Below are positions 22,320 through 33,786 of a stretch of 64,000 nt of DNA, one piece after another; position 1 is the stretch's first letter, and every line of letters begins with the position of its first letter. Below the pieces are notes generated by a model. It made no database searches, had not been told where the DNA came from, and saw only the letters and a program-made list of their open reading frames with translations. A program made the position numbers and the translations under genes. This DNA comes from an uncultured Gammaproteobacteria bacterium (GTDB taxonomy: Bacteria > Pseudomonadota > Gammaproteobacteria > Chromatiales > Chromatiaceae): contig CAVTDM010000020.1 in assembly GCA_963733415.1 (NCBI GenBank), positions 17,852-81,851 on the forward strand. The letters run 5' to 3'.

Positions 22320-23492
22320 ATGCACGGTCTGCAGCTCAGTCGTTTTCTCTTCTGGTTCGTGGTGTTTTTTGTGGCCGCCCTGGTGGCACGGCCCTGGGTG
22401 GAGGGCTTCTTCTACCGGATTCAGGCCGAGCCCCGCGTGGTCCAGGCCCGGGGCGACCTGGCCGCAGACGAGCAGTCAACCATCGCCATTTTCGAGTCAG
22501 TCAGTCCCGCCGTGGTTTACATCACCACCTCGGGCCAGATCCTGGACCTCCTGACCCGGGACCTGCTGGAGGTCCCGCGGGGCACGGGCACCGGCTTCAT
22601 CTGGGACGACCAGGGGCATGTGGTGACCAATTACCACGTGATCGAGGACGTCCAGGCCGCTTATGTGCGGCTTGCCAGCCAGCGCAGCTATGAGGCCGTC
22701 CTGGTGGGCGTCAGCCCGGAGCACGATATTGCCGTGTTGCGCATCGGCCGCGGCGGTGCCCTGGGTCGGCCGGTCCCCCTGGGCAGCAGCGCGGATCTGA
22801 AGGTGGGTCAGAAGGTGCTGGCGATCGGTAACCCCTTCGGTCTGGATTACACCCTGACCACCGGGGTGATCTCGGCGCTGAACCGCACGATCCGGGCGGA
22901 GGAGGGCAGGGCCATCGAGCACCTGATCCAGACCGATGCGGCCATCAACCCGGGCAATTCTGGCGGCCCTCTGATCGACAGCGCCGGGCGGGTGATCGGG
23001 ATGAACACCGCGATTCTGAGCGCGAGCGGCGTTTCCGCCGGGATCGGTTTCGCGGTGCCGGTGGACACCATCAACCGGGTGGTGCCCCGGCTTATCGCCC
23101 ACGGACGCTATGTGCGTCCCACCCTGGGCGTGCTGACGGACGACGCGGTCGGGGCCCAGTGGCTCGCGGGGACGGGGGTGACCGGGGTGGTCGTGCTGCG
23201 CGTCCAGCCGGGGTCGGCGGCGGCCCGTGCCGGGATCCAGTCCGCGGTGGTGACCCGGGCCGGTGAGCTGGTGTCGGCCGATGTGATCCTGGCGGTGGAG
23301 GGCGTGGCCGTGGACTCGGTGGATGCCCTGACCGAGGCCCTGGACCGCCACGCGGTGGGGGATACGGTGAAGTTGCGGGTGCAGCGGGGCGGGTCGGTGA
23401 TCGAGGTCCCGGTGGTGCTCGGCGTGGGCCAGGCGCCGGGCGGGCCGGCGCGGCTATCCCAGTATCCGGCGGAGACCCGGCGCGGCCCCTGA
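22320..23492 (+). CDS. trypsin-like serine protease with PDZ domain (HtrA family)
   Basis: VVTNYHV, DIAVL, IGNPFG, QTDAAINPGNSGGPL; single PDZ. Confidence 0.93.
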   Translation: MHGLQLSRFLFWFVVFFVAALVARPWVEGFFYRIQAEPRVVQARGDLAADEQSTIAIFESVSPAVVYITTSGQILDLLTRDLLEVPRGTGTGFIWDDQGHVVTNYHVIEDVQAAYVRLASQRSYEAVLVGVSPEHDIAVLRIGRGGALGRPVPLGSSADLKVGQKVLAIGNPFGLDYTLTTGVISALNRTIRAEEGRAIEHLIQTDAAINPGNSGGPLIDSAGRVIGMNTAILSASGVSAGIGFAVPVDTINRVVPRLIAHGRYVRPTLGVLTDDAVGAQWLAGTGVTGVVVLRVQPGSAAARAGIQSAVVTRAGELVSADVILAVEGVAVDSVDALTEALDRHAVGDTVKLRVQRGGSVIEVPVVLGVGQAPGGPARLSQYPAETRRGP

Positions 23493-23509
23493 CCGGGCCG
23501 GGTTGAGGC

Positions 23510-23773
23510 TTAGTTGAGCCCGCAGAAACCGCCCTGGCAGCAGTTGCCGCTGGCACAGGCGGGGGCGGGCGCCGCACCGCTGCCGCGGCTGGTGCTGGCG
23601 ATGATATTTCCGCCAGTGGCCAGGCGCTGGACCGGGGCGTCTGGCGAAGTGTCGCCGGTCGTAAGTCCGACGCGCTCACACAACTCACCCCAGGTGCTCA
23701 GTTGCTCGCTCATGCGGTGGCTGACCTCCAGCACGCGGCCGTTGGTGTCGCAGCGGTAATCGTAGGTGGGCAT
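23510..23773 (-). CDS. FmdB-family zinc ribbon protein
   Basis: MPTYDYRC N-terminus and Cys/Gly-rich tail. Confidence 0.8.
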   Translation of the reverse strand: MPTYDYRCDTNGRVLEVSHRMSEQLSTWGELCERVGLTTGDTSPDAPVQRLATGGNIIASTSRGSGAAPAPACASGNCCQGGFCGLN

Positions 23774-24014
23774 AAGATGCTCCTTGGTATATCGATGGTG
23801 GCTAATATACGCCGATTATAGGCGGGGCGCGGCGGCCTGAAAACCTGCCGGCTGAAGGCAGGGGACCTGAACGTCGAAAGGTCACTTGCCGGTCAAGCCA
23901 GCGACTGTCCCGAACCTGGCGTTCGGCTAACCACCGGTAACCGCCTGGCGGGTGCCTAAGAAGACCTGCCGAACCCAGGCGCTGCATACCCGCTGGGGCC
24001 AAAGGCCGCCCCCG

Positions 24015-24023
24015 TGCTAGAAT
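24015..24023 (+). promoter_or_regulatory. putative extended -10 element of gyrA
   Basis: TGCTAGAAT about 90 bp upstream of the gyrA ATG. Confidence 0.4.
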
Positions 24024-24110
24024 CAGCGGTCTAGTCAGTACCCCCCTAGCCGCCTGTTCGGGGTCAATCCCCCAGTGGCCGTTACGCAGTCTGGAAGCCC
24101 CTGTCCCCCC

Positions 24111-26741
24111 ATGCCTGATTTCGCCCGCGAAGTTATCCCGATCAACCTGGAAGATGAGATGCGCCAGTCCTACCTGGATTACGCCATGAGCGTAATCGTG
24201 GGGCGGGCGCTGCCGGATGTGCGCGATGGCCTGAAGCCCGTCCATCGCCGGGTGCTCTTCTCCATGAATGAGCAGGGCAATGTCTGGAACCGCGCCCACC
24301 GCAAGTCGGCCCGCGTGGTCGGCGACGTCATGGGCAAGTACCACCCCCATGGGGACTCGGCGATCTACGACACCATGGTACGCATGGCCCAGCCCTTTTC
24401 GCTGCGCTATCTGCTGGTGGACGGGCAGGGGAACTTCGGTTCCGTGGACGGGGACCCGCCCGCGGCCATGCGCTACACGGAGGTCCGCCTCACCCGCATG
24501 GCCGATGCCCTGCTGGACGATCTGGACAAGGACACGGTCGACTTCATCCCGAACTACGACAACACCGAGCACGAGCCCACCGTTCTGCCGGCGCGCTTCC
24601 CCAACCTTCTGGTGAACGGTTCCGCCGGCATCGCCGTGGGGATGGCGACCAATATCCCGCCCCACAATCTGCGGGAGGTGATCGACGCCTGTCTGGCGCT
24701 GATTGAGAATCCGCTGGCGTCGATTGAGGACCTGATGGCCTTTGTGCCCGGTCCGGACTTCCCCACCGCGGCTCTGATCAATGGGGTGCGTGGCATCCGG
24801 GAGGGCTACCGCACCGGCCGCGGGCGGTGCGTGATGCGTGCCCGCACCGAGATCGAGACCCAGAAGCGCAGTGGACGCGAGGCCATCGTCGTCACGGAGA
24901 TCCCTTACCAGGTCAACAAGGCCAAGCTCTTAGAGCGCATCGCCGAGCTGGTGAAGGAGAAAAAGATCGACGGCATCGCCCATGACGGCCTGCGCGACGA
25001 GTCCGACAAGGACGGCATGCGCATCGTCATCGAGCTGAAGAAGGACGCCTACCCCGAGGTGTTGCTGAACAACCTGTATCAGCACACCGCCATGCAGAGC
25101 GTCTTCGGCATCAACATGGTTGCCCTGGTGGACGGCCAGCCGCGGACGCTGAATCTCAAGCAGATGCTGGAGTACTTCCTGCGTCACCGCCGGGACGTGG
25201 TCACGCGCCGGACCCTGTTCCAACTGCGCAAGGCCAGGGATCGCGCCCACATCCTGGAGGGCTATGCCATCGCGCTGGCCAACCTGGACGAGGTCATCGC
25301 CCTGATCCGGGCTGCCGCCAACCCGGCCGAGGCCCGCGAAGGCCTGATGGCCCGCACCTGGCCCCCGGGGGCCGTGACCGGCATGTTGGCCAGAGCCGGC
25401 GCGGACCAGACCCGGCCGGACGAACTGGATGCGGCCTTCGGACTCACCGAGGCGGGTTACCGGCTGAGTGAGCGCCAGGCCAAGGCGATCCTGGACCTGC
25501 AACTGCAACGGCTCACGGGCCTGGAGCAGGACAAGATCCTGGCCGAGTTCGGGGAGATCCTGGAGCAGATCGCCACCCTCCTGCTGATCCTCTCGGACCC
25601 CGACCACCTCATGGAGGTCATCCGTGAGGAACTTGTCGCGATCCGCGATCAGTTCGGGGACAAGCGCCGTTCCGAAATCCTGATCGATCATACGGATCTG
25701 ACCCTTGAAGACCTGATCGCCCCCGAGGACGTGGTGGTGACCCTCTCCCACCAGGGCTACGTGAAGGCTCAGCCCATCAGCGACTACCAGGCCCAGCGGC
25801 GCGGCGGCAAGGGCAAGAGCGCGACCTCTTTCAAAGAAGAGGACTTCATCGACCGAATCTTCGTCGCCAACTCTCATGACACGGTGCTGTGCTTCTCCAG
25901 CCGTGGCCGGGTCTACTGGCTCAAGGTCTATGAACTCCCCCAGGCCGGGCGCGGCGCGCGCGGTCGGCCCATGGTCAATCTGCTGCCCCTGGAGCAGGGG
26001 GAGCGCATTAACGCGGTGCTGCCGGTGCGTGCCTACGAGGAAGGCTATTTTGTCTTCATGGCCACCAGCGCCGGCACCGTGAAGAAAACCCCGCTCACCG
26101 AGTTCTCCCGACCCCTGTCCCGGGGCATCATCGCCATCGATCTGCACGAGGACGAGGTCCTGGTGGGTGTGGCCATCACCGACGGTCAGCGGGACCTGAT
26201 GCTCTTTACCTCCGCCGGCAAGGCGGTGCGTTTCAGCGAGGGCCATGTGCGGGCCATGGGCCGCGGTGCCCACGGGGTACGCGGGGTCGACCTGGACGAG
26301 GGCCAGCGGGTCATCGCCCTGGTGGCACCCGAACCCGGGACCATCCTGTGCGTGACGGAGCACGGCTATGGTAAGCGGACCACGGTGGACGAGTACCCGA
26401 CCAAGGGGCGCGGTACCAAGGGCGTCATCGCAATCGCCGGCAGTGAGCGCAACGGCGCCCTGGTCGGCGCCGTGCTGGTCCGTCCCGGGGATGAGATCAT
26501 GCTGATCACCGAGGGCGGCACCCTGATCCGCACCCCGGTTGATCAGATCCCGGTGGTCGGCCGTCCCGCCCAGGGCGTGAAGCTGATCAGCTTAGGCACC
26601 GGGGAGCGTTTGCGTTATGTCGAGCGGATCGTCGCCCTGGATGGGGAAAACGGCGCCGACCCAAGCCTGAACGAGGACGTATCGGACGAGAATTCGGGGG
26701 CGGATGGGGATGATCAACTTGGGGATCCGACTGAGGACTGA
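24111..26741 (+). CDS. gyrA: DNA gyrase subunit A
   Basis: [32 protein letters not shown], GyrA box QRRGGKG. Confidence 0.98.
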   Translation: MPDFAREVIPINLEDEMRQSYLDYAMSVIVGRALPDVRDGLKPVHRRVLFSMNEQGNVWNRAHRKSARVVGDVMGKYHPHGDSAIYDTMVRMAQPFSLRYLLVDGQGNFGSVDGDPPAAMRYTEVRLTRMADALLDDLDKDTVDFIPNYDNTEHEPTVLPARFPNLLVNGSAGIAVGMATNIPPHNLREVIDACLALIENPLASIEDLMAFVPGPDFPTAALINGVRGIREGYRTGRGRCVMRARTEIETQKRSGREAIVVTEIPYQVNKAKLLERIAELVKEKKIDGIAHDGLRDESDKDGMRIVIELKKDAYPEVLLNNLYQHTAMQSVFGINMVALVDGQPRTLNLKQMLEYFLRHRRDVVTRRTLFQLRKARDRAHILEGYAIALANLDEVIALIRAAANPAEAREGLMARTWPPGAVTGMLARAGADQTRPDELDAAFGLTEAGYRLSERQAKAILDLQLQRLTGLEQDKILAEFGEILEQIATLLLILSDPDHLMEVIREELVAIRDQFGDKRRSEILIDHTDLTLEDLIAPEDVVVTLSHQGYVKAQPISDYQAQRRGGKGKSATSFKEEDFIDRIFVANSHDTVLCFSSRGRVYWLKVYELPQAGRGARGRPMVNLLPLEQGERINAVLPVRAYEEGYFVFMATSAGTVKKTPLTEFSRPLSRGIIAIDLHEDEVLVGVAITDGQRDLMLFTSAGKAVRFSEGHVRAMGRGAHGVRGVDLDEGQRVIALVAPEPGTILCVTEHGYGKRTTVDEYPTKGRGTKGVIAIAGSERNGALVGAVLVRPGDEIMLITEGGTLIRTPVDQIPVVGRPAQGVKLISLGTGERLRYVERIVALDGENGADPSLNEDVSDENSGADGDDQLGDPTED

Positions 26742-26751
26742 TCTCGGGCGG

Positions 26752-26781
26752 TTGTGAGTCGGGCTGAAGCCCAACCCACAA
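26752..26781. repeat. REP-like palindrome (GTCGGGCTGAAGCCCAAC type)
   Basis: TTGTGAGTCGGGCTGAAGCCCAACCCACAA imperfect palindrome just after the gyrA stop. Confidence 0.65.
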
Positions 26782-26814
26782 GCGGCCGCACCAGTCATGT
26801 AGTGATGTAGCCAT

Positions 26815-26906
26815 GTAGGATGGGCAGAGCGAGAGCGATGCCCATCTGCAGGCCAAGGCGCCTGGCGGTGGGATGATGGGCATCGCTTTCGCTCTGCCCA
26901 TCCTAC
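26815..26906. repeat. inverted REP doublet (REPIN-like), GTAGGATGGGCA family
   Basis: GTAGGATGGGCAGAGCGAGAGCGATGCCCATC, 28-nt spacer, GATGGGCATCGCTTTCGCTCTGCCCATCCTAC. Confidence 0.85.
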
Positions 26907-27019
26907 TGTCTACACACTACGCATTTCAGCGACCGCATTGCTTTGGATCGCACCCGCAGGGCCCTGGTCGCGCCAACCTGTCAAGTGCAGCTAACAGAAC
27001 CTTTGAGCGGAGATTGAGC

Positions 27020-28102
27020 ATGTCACGCGTGTATAACTTCAGCGCCGGTCCGGCAATGTTGCCCGAGTCCGTGCTCTTGCGGGCGAGAGACGAGATGCTG
27101 GATTGGCAGGGGAGCGGCATGTGCGTCGCGGAGATGAGCCACCGGGGCAAGGAGTTCATGGCCATCGCCGCCCAGGCGGAGGCCGATTTCCGTGAACTGC
27201 TCGGCATCCCCAGCAACTACAAAGTGCTGTTCCTCCAGGGCGGGGCCTCCACCCAATTTGCCATGGTCCCCATGAACCTGCTGCGCGGGGGCGAGGGGGC
27301 GGACTATCTCAACACGGGTTCCTGGTCCAAGAAGGCAATCTCGGAAGCGCGTCGTTTCGGCAGCGTCAACGTGGCCGCCACCACGGAGGACCAACGCTTC
27401 TCCCGCGCCCCGGCCCAGTCGGAACTCAAGCTCAAGGCCGATGCCGCCTATGTCCATTACACCCCCAATGAGACCATCGAGGGCGTCGAGTTTCCCTATG
27501 TGCCCGACACGGCGGGTAAGCCCCTGGTGGCGGACATGTCATCCACACTGCTCTCCCGGCCCATCGAGGTCTCCCGTTTCGGGTTGATCTATGCCGGGGC
27601 CCAGAAGAACATCGGTCCGGCGGGGCTCACTATCGTCATCGTGCGGGAGGACCTGATCGGGCAGCCCCTGGGTGGTACCCCGACCATGCTCGACTACAAG
27701 ACTCACGCCGACAACGACTCCATGTACAACACCCCGCCCACCTATGCCTGGTACCTGGCCGGGCTGGTGTTCCAGTGGGTGAAGGACTTAGGCGGACTGG
27801 ACGCCATGGCCGCGACGAATCAGCGCAAAGCGGCTCTTCTTTACGACGCCATCGACGCCTCCAGCTTTTACCAAAACCCGGTGAGTCCCGAGTCCCGGTC
27901 CTGGATGAACGTGCCGTTCACGCTGCCCAGTCCTGATCTGGATGACGCCTTCCTCAAGGGCGCCAAGGCGGCGGGTCTGACGACGCTCAAGGGTCACCGC
28001 TCGGTGGGTGGGATGCGCGCGAGCATCTACAATGCCATGCCGGAGGCCGGGGTCCAGGCCCTCGTGGCCTACATGCAGGAATTCGAACGTACGCACGGGT
28101 GA
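27020..28102 (+). CDS. serC: phosphoserine aminotransferase
   Basis: YNFSAGP, EMSHRG, NETIEG, YAGAQKN, NTPP, GHRSVGGMRAS. Confidence 0.97.
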   Translation: MSRVYNFSAGPAMLPESVLLRARDEMLDWQGSGMCVAEMSHRGKEFMAIAAQAEADFRELLGIPSNYKVLFLQGGASTQFAMVPMNLLRGGEGADYLNTGSWSKKAISEARRFGSVNVAATTEDQRFSRAPAQSELKLKADAAYVHYTPNETIEGVEFPYVPDTAGKPLVADMSSTLLSRPIEVSRFGLIYAGAQKNIGPAGLTIVIVREDLIGQPLGGTPTMLDYKTHADNDSMYNTPPTYAWYLAGLVFQWVKDLGGLDAMAATNQRKAALLYDAIDASSFYQNPVSPESRSWMNVPFTLPSPDLDDAFLKGAKAAGLTTLKGHRSVGGMRASIYNAMPEAGVQALVAYMQEFERTHG

Positions 28103-28108
28103 GGGACT

Positions 28109-29279
28109 ATGTTCAAGATCCAGACGCTGAATAATATCTCCGTGGCCGGCCTCGACCGGCTGCCGCGGGATCGTTACGAGGTGGCCTCCGAGATCGCCCA
28201 TCCAGACGCCATCCTGGTGCGCTCGGCCAAGATGCATGAGCTGGTTTTGCCCGATACCGTGAAGGCCATCGGCCGCGCCGGGGCGGGGACGAACAACATC
28301 CCGGTCCCGGCCATGACCGCGCGCGGCATTCCCGTTTTCAATGCCCCGGGCGCCAACGCCAATGCGGTGAAGGAACTGGTCATCGCCGGCATGCTGATTG
28401 CTGCCCGCAACATCGGTCAGGCTTGGCAATTCGCCCGCAATCTCAGCGGGGACGATGCGAGCATCGGCAAGGCAGTGGAGGCCGGCAAGAAGAACTTTGT
28501 CGGTTTCGAATTGCCGGGCCGCACCCTGGGGGTCATCGGCCTCGGGGCCATCGGTGTCAAGGTGGCCAACGCGGCGCGTGCACTGGGCATGAAGGTGGTT
28601 GGTTATGATCCGACCATCACGGTTGCCAGGGCCTGGCAACTGGCGAGTGATGTGCAGCCGGCGCTCAGCATCGACGACCTGCTGTCCCGCTCGGATTTCG
28701 TGACGCTTCCATGTGCCCCTCACTGATGATACCCGGCACATGATCAATGCCGAGCGCATCAAGATCCTCAAGAAAGGCGCGGTGCTGCTTAATTTTTCCC
28801 GGGACGGTATCCTGGACGATGATGCCGTGGTCACGGCCCTGGACCAGGGACACCTCTATGCCTATTGCTGTGACTTTCCGAGCAATCTGCTGAAGGACCA
28901 TCCGCGGGTGGTAACCCTGCCCCATCTGGGTGCGTCCACGGTCGAGGCCGAGGATAATTGCGCGGTCATGGTGGCCGACCAGGTGCGGGACTATCTGGAG
29001 GATGGGACTGTGGTCAACTCGGTCAACTTCCCCGACATTCAGCTGGCCCGTAATGGCGGTTATCGGATGGCCATTGTCAACAGCAACGTGCCGAACATGG
29101 TGGGTCAGATCTCCACCGACTTGGCCGCCGCCGGCCTCAACATCCTGGACATGCTCAACCGCTCCCGAGGGGAGGTGGCAGTCACCCTGATCGACGTGAA
29201 TGAGCGCTGCCCGGAGGAGACCGTGGCCAAACTTCGCGCCATCGAGGGGGTCCTCTCGGTGCGCTGTCTCGGCAACTGA
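28109..29279 (+). CDS. serA: D-3-phosphoglycerate dehydrogenase with ACT domain (apparent frameshift near 28710)
   Basis: RAGAGTNNI, NAPGANANAV, GLGAIG; second frame LNFSRD, PHLGAST, NVPNMVG. Confidence 0.9.
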
Positions 29280-29291
29280 CGGCCGTCGCCC

Positions 29292-30403
29292 ATGGGCAAG
29301 GCCAGCCGCTCCGGGGATCAACTCCACCAGGTGCGCGAGCGCATCGATGCCGTTGATATGGAGATCCTGCGTTTGATCAGCGAGCGTGCACGCTGTGCTC
29401 AGGAGGTGGGGCGAATCAAGAACGCCGTGCTGGGTACCGGAGAGGAGGGGACCGTCCAGTATTACCGCCCGGAGCGGGAGGCGGCCATCCTGCGGCGGAT
29501 CAAGGAAAAGAATCCAGGACCCCTGGATGGCGAAGAGGTGGCACGGCTGTTCCGGGAGATTATGTCCGCTTGCCTGGCCCTGGAGCAGCCGGTGACTGCG
29601 GCCTATCTGGGACCGGAGGGCACCTTCACCCAGGCGGCGGCACTCAAGCAATTCGGCCATTCGGTCCGGACCATTGCCCTGGCCACCATCGGCGATATCT
29701 TCCGGGAGGTCGAGGCCGGATCCTGCGACTATGGGGTGGTGCCGGTGGAGAACTCCACCGAAGGGGTCATCAGTCACACCCTCGACATGTTCATGCGCTC
29801 ACCGCTCTTGATTACCGGTGAGGTCAGTCTGCGCATCCATCATCACCTGATGAGCCGGGAGCCGGACCTGGCGGCCATCCACACGCTCTTTTCCCACCAG
29901 CAATCCCTGGCCCAGTGCCGGGGCTGGCTGGACCGCCACCTGCCCCAGGCGGAGCGGGTGGCGGTGGACAGCAATGCGGAGGCCGCGCGCCTGGCGGGTC
30001 AGACCCCGGGGAGCGCGGCCGTCGCCGGCGTGGCGGCGGCCGAGATCTACGACCTGATATGCTCGCGGAGCGCATCGAGGACGAGCCGGGCAACACCACC
30101 CGCTTCCTGGTGATCGGCCCGAGGACGCCCCGCCCCAGCGGCCACGACAAGACCAGCCTGCTGCTCTCCTGCCGCAACGAGGCCGGCGGCCTGTACGCGC
30201 TGCTCTCGCCCCTGGCGGCCCATGGCATCAGCATGACCCGCATCGAGTCCCGTCCCTCCCGGCGGGGCATCTGGGACTATGTCTTCTTCGTCGATATCCT
30301 GGGCCACCGGGCAGACCCCACGGTCGCCCCGGCCCTGGAGACCCTCAAGGCTGCCTCACTCCTGTTCAAGGTCCTGGGGTCCTATCCCATCGCGGTCTTG
30401 TGA
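29292..30403 (+). CDS. pheA: chorismate mutase / prephenate dehydratase (apparent frameshift near 30058)
   Basis: RERIDAVD, YLGPEGTF, PVENSTEG; second frame NTTRF, IESRP. Confidence 0.92.
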
Positions 30404-30440
30404 TCCGCCAACCGCGGAGCATGACGAATTTGTCACCTAA

Positions 30441-30551
30441 GCACGCGCAGAACGGGAAGAACGCGAATAGTGCAATGTCTGGTTTATTGCTAATGGTTCC
30501 GGCGTTTTCGCCCTGAAGCGATTTCCCATTCGCGTCCTTCGCGGTTTTCGC
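30441..30551. repeat. inverted pair of 9-bp-period arms between pheA and hisC
   Basis: GCGCAGAACGGGAAGAACGCGAA matches the reverse complement of TTCGCGTCCTTCGCGGTTTTCGC at 18 of 23 positions; AT-richer spacer. Confidence 0.6.
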
Positions 30552-30581
30552 AAGCCCTCTTTCCTGAATAATACGCATACT

Positions 30582-31692
30582 ATGACACACGCAGACGATC
30601 CCTTTCTGCCATCGCCGCCCCCGGTCTTGCCGGGCTGCAGCCCTATATCCCTGGCAAGCCCCTCTCGGAACTGGAGCGGGAACTGGGCATCACGAACTCC
30701 ATCAAGCTCGCCTCCAACGAGAACCCCCTCGGTCCCGGCCCCCTGGCGCGGGCGGCGATCGAGGCCGCCTTGGCGGAGTTGGGGCGCTATCCGGACGGGG
30801 GCGGCTTCGAGTTGCGCCGGGCCCTTGCCGAGCATCACGGCGTGTCGCCCATGGCCGTCACCCTCGGCAATGGCTCCAACGATGTCCTGGATCTGGTGGC
30901 CCGCGTCTTTCTGCAACCCGGGCACGGAGTCGGTCTTCTCCGAGCACGCCTTCGCGGTCTATGCCATCGGCACCCAGGCGGTGGGGGCCACGGCCCGGGT
31001 CGCCAAGGCGCGGGACTATGGCCACGACCTGGAGGCCATGGCGGCCCTGGTCAACGAGCACACGCGGGTGGTCTGGATCGCCAATCCCAACAACCCCACC
31101 GGGACCTGGCTCGAGGCCGACAGCCTTGCGCAGTTTCATCGGCGGATCTGCCGGAGTACCTGCGTGGCCGTGGTGGACGAGGCCTATACCGAGTATGTGG
31201 AGGATCCGGATTTCCCGGACGCCACCCGCTGGCTCGACCGGTTCCCGAACCTGATCGTCACCCGCACCTTCTCCAAGGTCCATGGTCTGGCGGCCCTGCG
31301 GGTGGGCTACGGCCTCAGCCACCCCCAGATCGCCGACCTGCTCAACCGCGTCCGCCAGCCCTTCAACGTCAACAGCATCGCCCAGGCGGCGGCCCTGGCG
31401 GCCCTGGGCGACGGCGAGCATGTCCGGGCCTCGGTGGCACTGAATCGGGCGGAATGCGGCAACTGGAGGACGGCGCCTGCGAGCAGTTGGGGATCGGCTA
31501 TATCCCCTCGGTCGGCAACTTCCTCACCCTTGACCTGGGCCGCCCGGCTGGTCCGATCGATCAGGCCCTGCTGCGCGCGGCGTCATCATCCGACCGGTAG
31601 CCAACTACGGCATGCCGAATCACCTGCGCGTCACCATCGGTCTGGAGGCGGAGAACGCCCGCTTTCTCGCGGCCCTGGCGAGGTGGGCTTAG
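30582..31692 (+). CDS. hisC: histidinol-phosphate aminotransferase (multiple apparent frameshifts)
   Basis: [55 protein letters not shown] across frames. Confidence 0.88.
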
Positions 31693-31774
31693 TCGGACGA
31701 GGCAAGCCGCCGTAAGGCGGATCAAATTCTACTTCTGAGAACACGATGAGTGCTCAAATCCCCGACCCATCACC

Positions 31775-32669
31775 ATGATCCAGCGACTCACGGTCATCGG
31801 CGTCGGTCTCATCGGCGGCTCCCTGGCCCGCGCCCTGCGGCCGCCGGGGCGGTGGGCGAGGTGGTCGGCTGCGGGCGCTCCCTGCCCAATCTGGAACGGG
31901 CGGTCGAATTGGGGGTGATCGACCGCTTCGACCAGGACCCGGCCGACGCGGTGGCCGGCGCCGATCTGGTCTTCATCGCCGTCCCCTTGGGGGCCATGCG
32001 CGGGATCTTCGCGGCCATCCGCGAGCATTGCGCCCGGACGCCATTCTCACCGATGGGGGCAGCGTCAAGGGCAGCGTGGTGGCGGATGCCCTGCGCCGCC
32101 TTGGGCGCAGTGCCGCCGCGGTTCGTCCCCGGCCACCCCATCGCCGGGACCGAGCGCAGCGGGGTCGATGCCTCCTTCGCCGAACTCTACCGGGACCGGC
32201 GGGTCATCCTGACCCCCTTGGCCGGAGACGGACCCGACGGCCATCGCGCGGGTGGAATGCATGTGGGCAGGCCTGCGGGGCCGAGGTCAGCACATGAGCG
32301 TGGACCATCACGACGAGGTTCTGGCCGCCACCAGCCACCTGCCCCACATGCTTGCCTTCGGCCTGGTGGATGCCCTGGCGCGGATGCGCGAGAACGACGA
32401 GATCTTTCGCTACGCCGCCGGGGGCTTCCGCGACTTCACCCGCATCGCCTCCATCCATCCCGTCATGTGGCGGGATATCTGCATCGCCAATCGGGAGGCT
32501 CTCTCGGCCATGCTCGCCCGCTTTCGGCGTCGAGTTGACCGACCTGGCCCAGGCCATCCGCTTCGGCGACGGACAGTATCTGCTGGAGGTCTTCGAACGC
32601 GCCAAGGCGGCGCGGGATCGGTACCTGGAGGGAGCGGCTGCCTCCGACCGGGTGGCTCCGTATAGGTAG
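31775..32669 (+). CDS. tyrA: prephenate/arogenate dehydrogenase (multiple apparent frameshifts)
   Basis: IGVGLIGGSLA, TDGGSVK, GHPIAGTE, SHLPH, GFRDFTRIAS across frames. Confidence 0.88.
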
Positions 32670-32683
32670 AGGCCGCTGAGCGG

Positions 32684-32712
32684 GTAGGGCGGATGCCCTC
32701 AAGGCGATCCGC
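32684..32712 (+). repeat. REP-like element (GTAGGGCGGAT family)
   Basis: GTAG-GGCGGAT-GCCCTCAAGGCG-ATCCGC directly after tyrA. Confidence 0.55.
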
Positions 32713-32765
32713 ATGTTTTCTGGAACGTGGATAGCGGAACCCCGTTCGCGCGTTTCCTCTTTCTC

Positions 32766-32927
32766 TCAGGCGTGTTGCCGCGATTGTTCCGGGATGTCTG
32801 GTAGCGGCGGGAACGTCCGGAAGGCTGCTAGAGTCGTCTTGCCCGATTGCCGCGGTCCGGTGATGGCGAGGACCGGAAATGCGGTCGCCAGGCGCCGCAG
32901 GGTCGTTTCCAGGTGACGGGTTATCAT
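32766..32927 (-). pseudogene. N-terminal remnant of an AAA_14/DUF4143-type ATPase
   Basis: MITRHLETTLRRLATAFPVLAITGPRQSGKTTLA (Walker A); the recognisable pattern ends there and a stop follows at 53 aa. Confidence 0.75.
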
Positions 32928-33043
32928 TTTATTTTTATACAAATCAGCAATGAAAATGTCAATTTGTATGACTGTGAGTGCGCGGTACGATCCTGGCGGT
33001 GCTGTAGAGCCCCCTTGCTTCCCAAGGGGGCGCCTCTGCCGAC

Positions 33044-33583
33044 TCAGGCCAGGCGTTCGGTGGGGGTGATCGCGACCGTGACCTGGTCGGTCCCAATCCA
33101 CACCTGGCCGCCATCGATGGTGCATTGGAAGTCCATGGACCGTTCAGCCAGGTCCGCCAGGGCCTTTACCTCGGCGCTGGCGATGGTCCAGACCCGGAGG
33201 TTACGCAGGCGCCCGAGGGCCTCACGATTCTGCTCCCACCAGAGGTCTGCCGCCCGGCCGCCGTAGTTGATGACCAGGACCTCGCGGGCCCGCCCGCAGG
33301 CCTTGCGGATGCGCCGTTCGTCTGGCTGGCCCAGTTCGATCCAGCGCTCGATCTCGCCGCTCAGGCTGTGTTGCCACAGGTCCGGCTCATCGTCGGCGCT
33401 CACGCCCTTGGTGAAGCTGAGGCGGGAGTCCGCATAGAGACAAAAGGCGAGCAACCGGACCATCATCCGCTCGTCGGTCTCGGAGGGGTGGCGGGCGATG
33501 GTGAGCGCATGGCTTTCGTAATAATGGCGGTCCATGTCGCTGATCTGGACCTGGGCCTTGAATACGGTCGCCTTTAGGGCCAC
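33044..33583 (-). CDS. yaeQ: YaeQ family protein
   Basis: MALKATVFKA, DMDRHYY, ARHPSETDERMMVRLLA, DEPDLW, WIELGQP. Confidence 0.93.
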   Translation of the reverse strand: MALKATVFKAQVQISDMDRHYYESHALTIARHPSETDERMMVRLLAFCLYADSRLSFTKGVSADDEPDLWQHSLSGEIERWIELGQPDERRIRKACGRAREVLVINYGGRAADLWWEQNREALGRLRNLRVWTIASAEVKALADLAERSMDFQCTIDGGQVWIGTDQVTVAITPTERLA

Positions 33584-33628
33584 GGGTCGGTCCTGACCGG
33601 AGGGTCGGTCGGTGGGAGTTGGTATAAA

Positions 33629-33782
33629 CCTGAGAAGAGCGGTCAGCCGTCAGCGTTCAGCTCTGAGTTTCGTTGGGATATTGTCGGCTGACGGATCGCC
33701 CCCCGGGGTGAGCGCCCGTCGCCAAAAGACTGTGCGCAAGTCATTGTTCTGAAATAGCTGGCGGCTGACGGCTCCTTCCAGG
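33629..33782 (-). mobile_element. MITE family A, copy 3
   Basis: reverse-orientation copy, CCTGAGAAGAGC...GCTCCTTCCAGG; no target duplication visible. Confidence 0.85.
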
Positions 33783-33786
33783 TTGC

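Noticed and set aside
24930-26363. Long antisense ORFs (for example 477 aa opposite gyrA, 473 aa at 60309, 402 aa at 62777, 414 aa at 38033)
   Set aside because: These are shadow frames of GC-rich real genes with no recognisable motifs.
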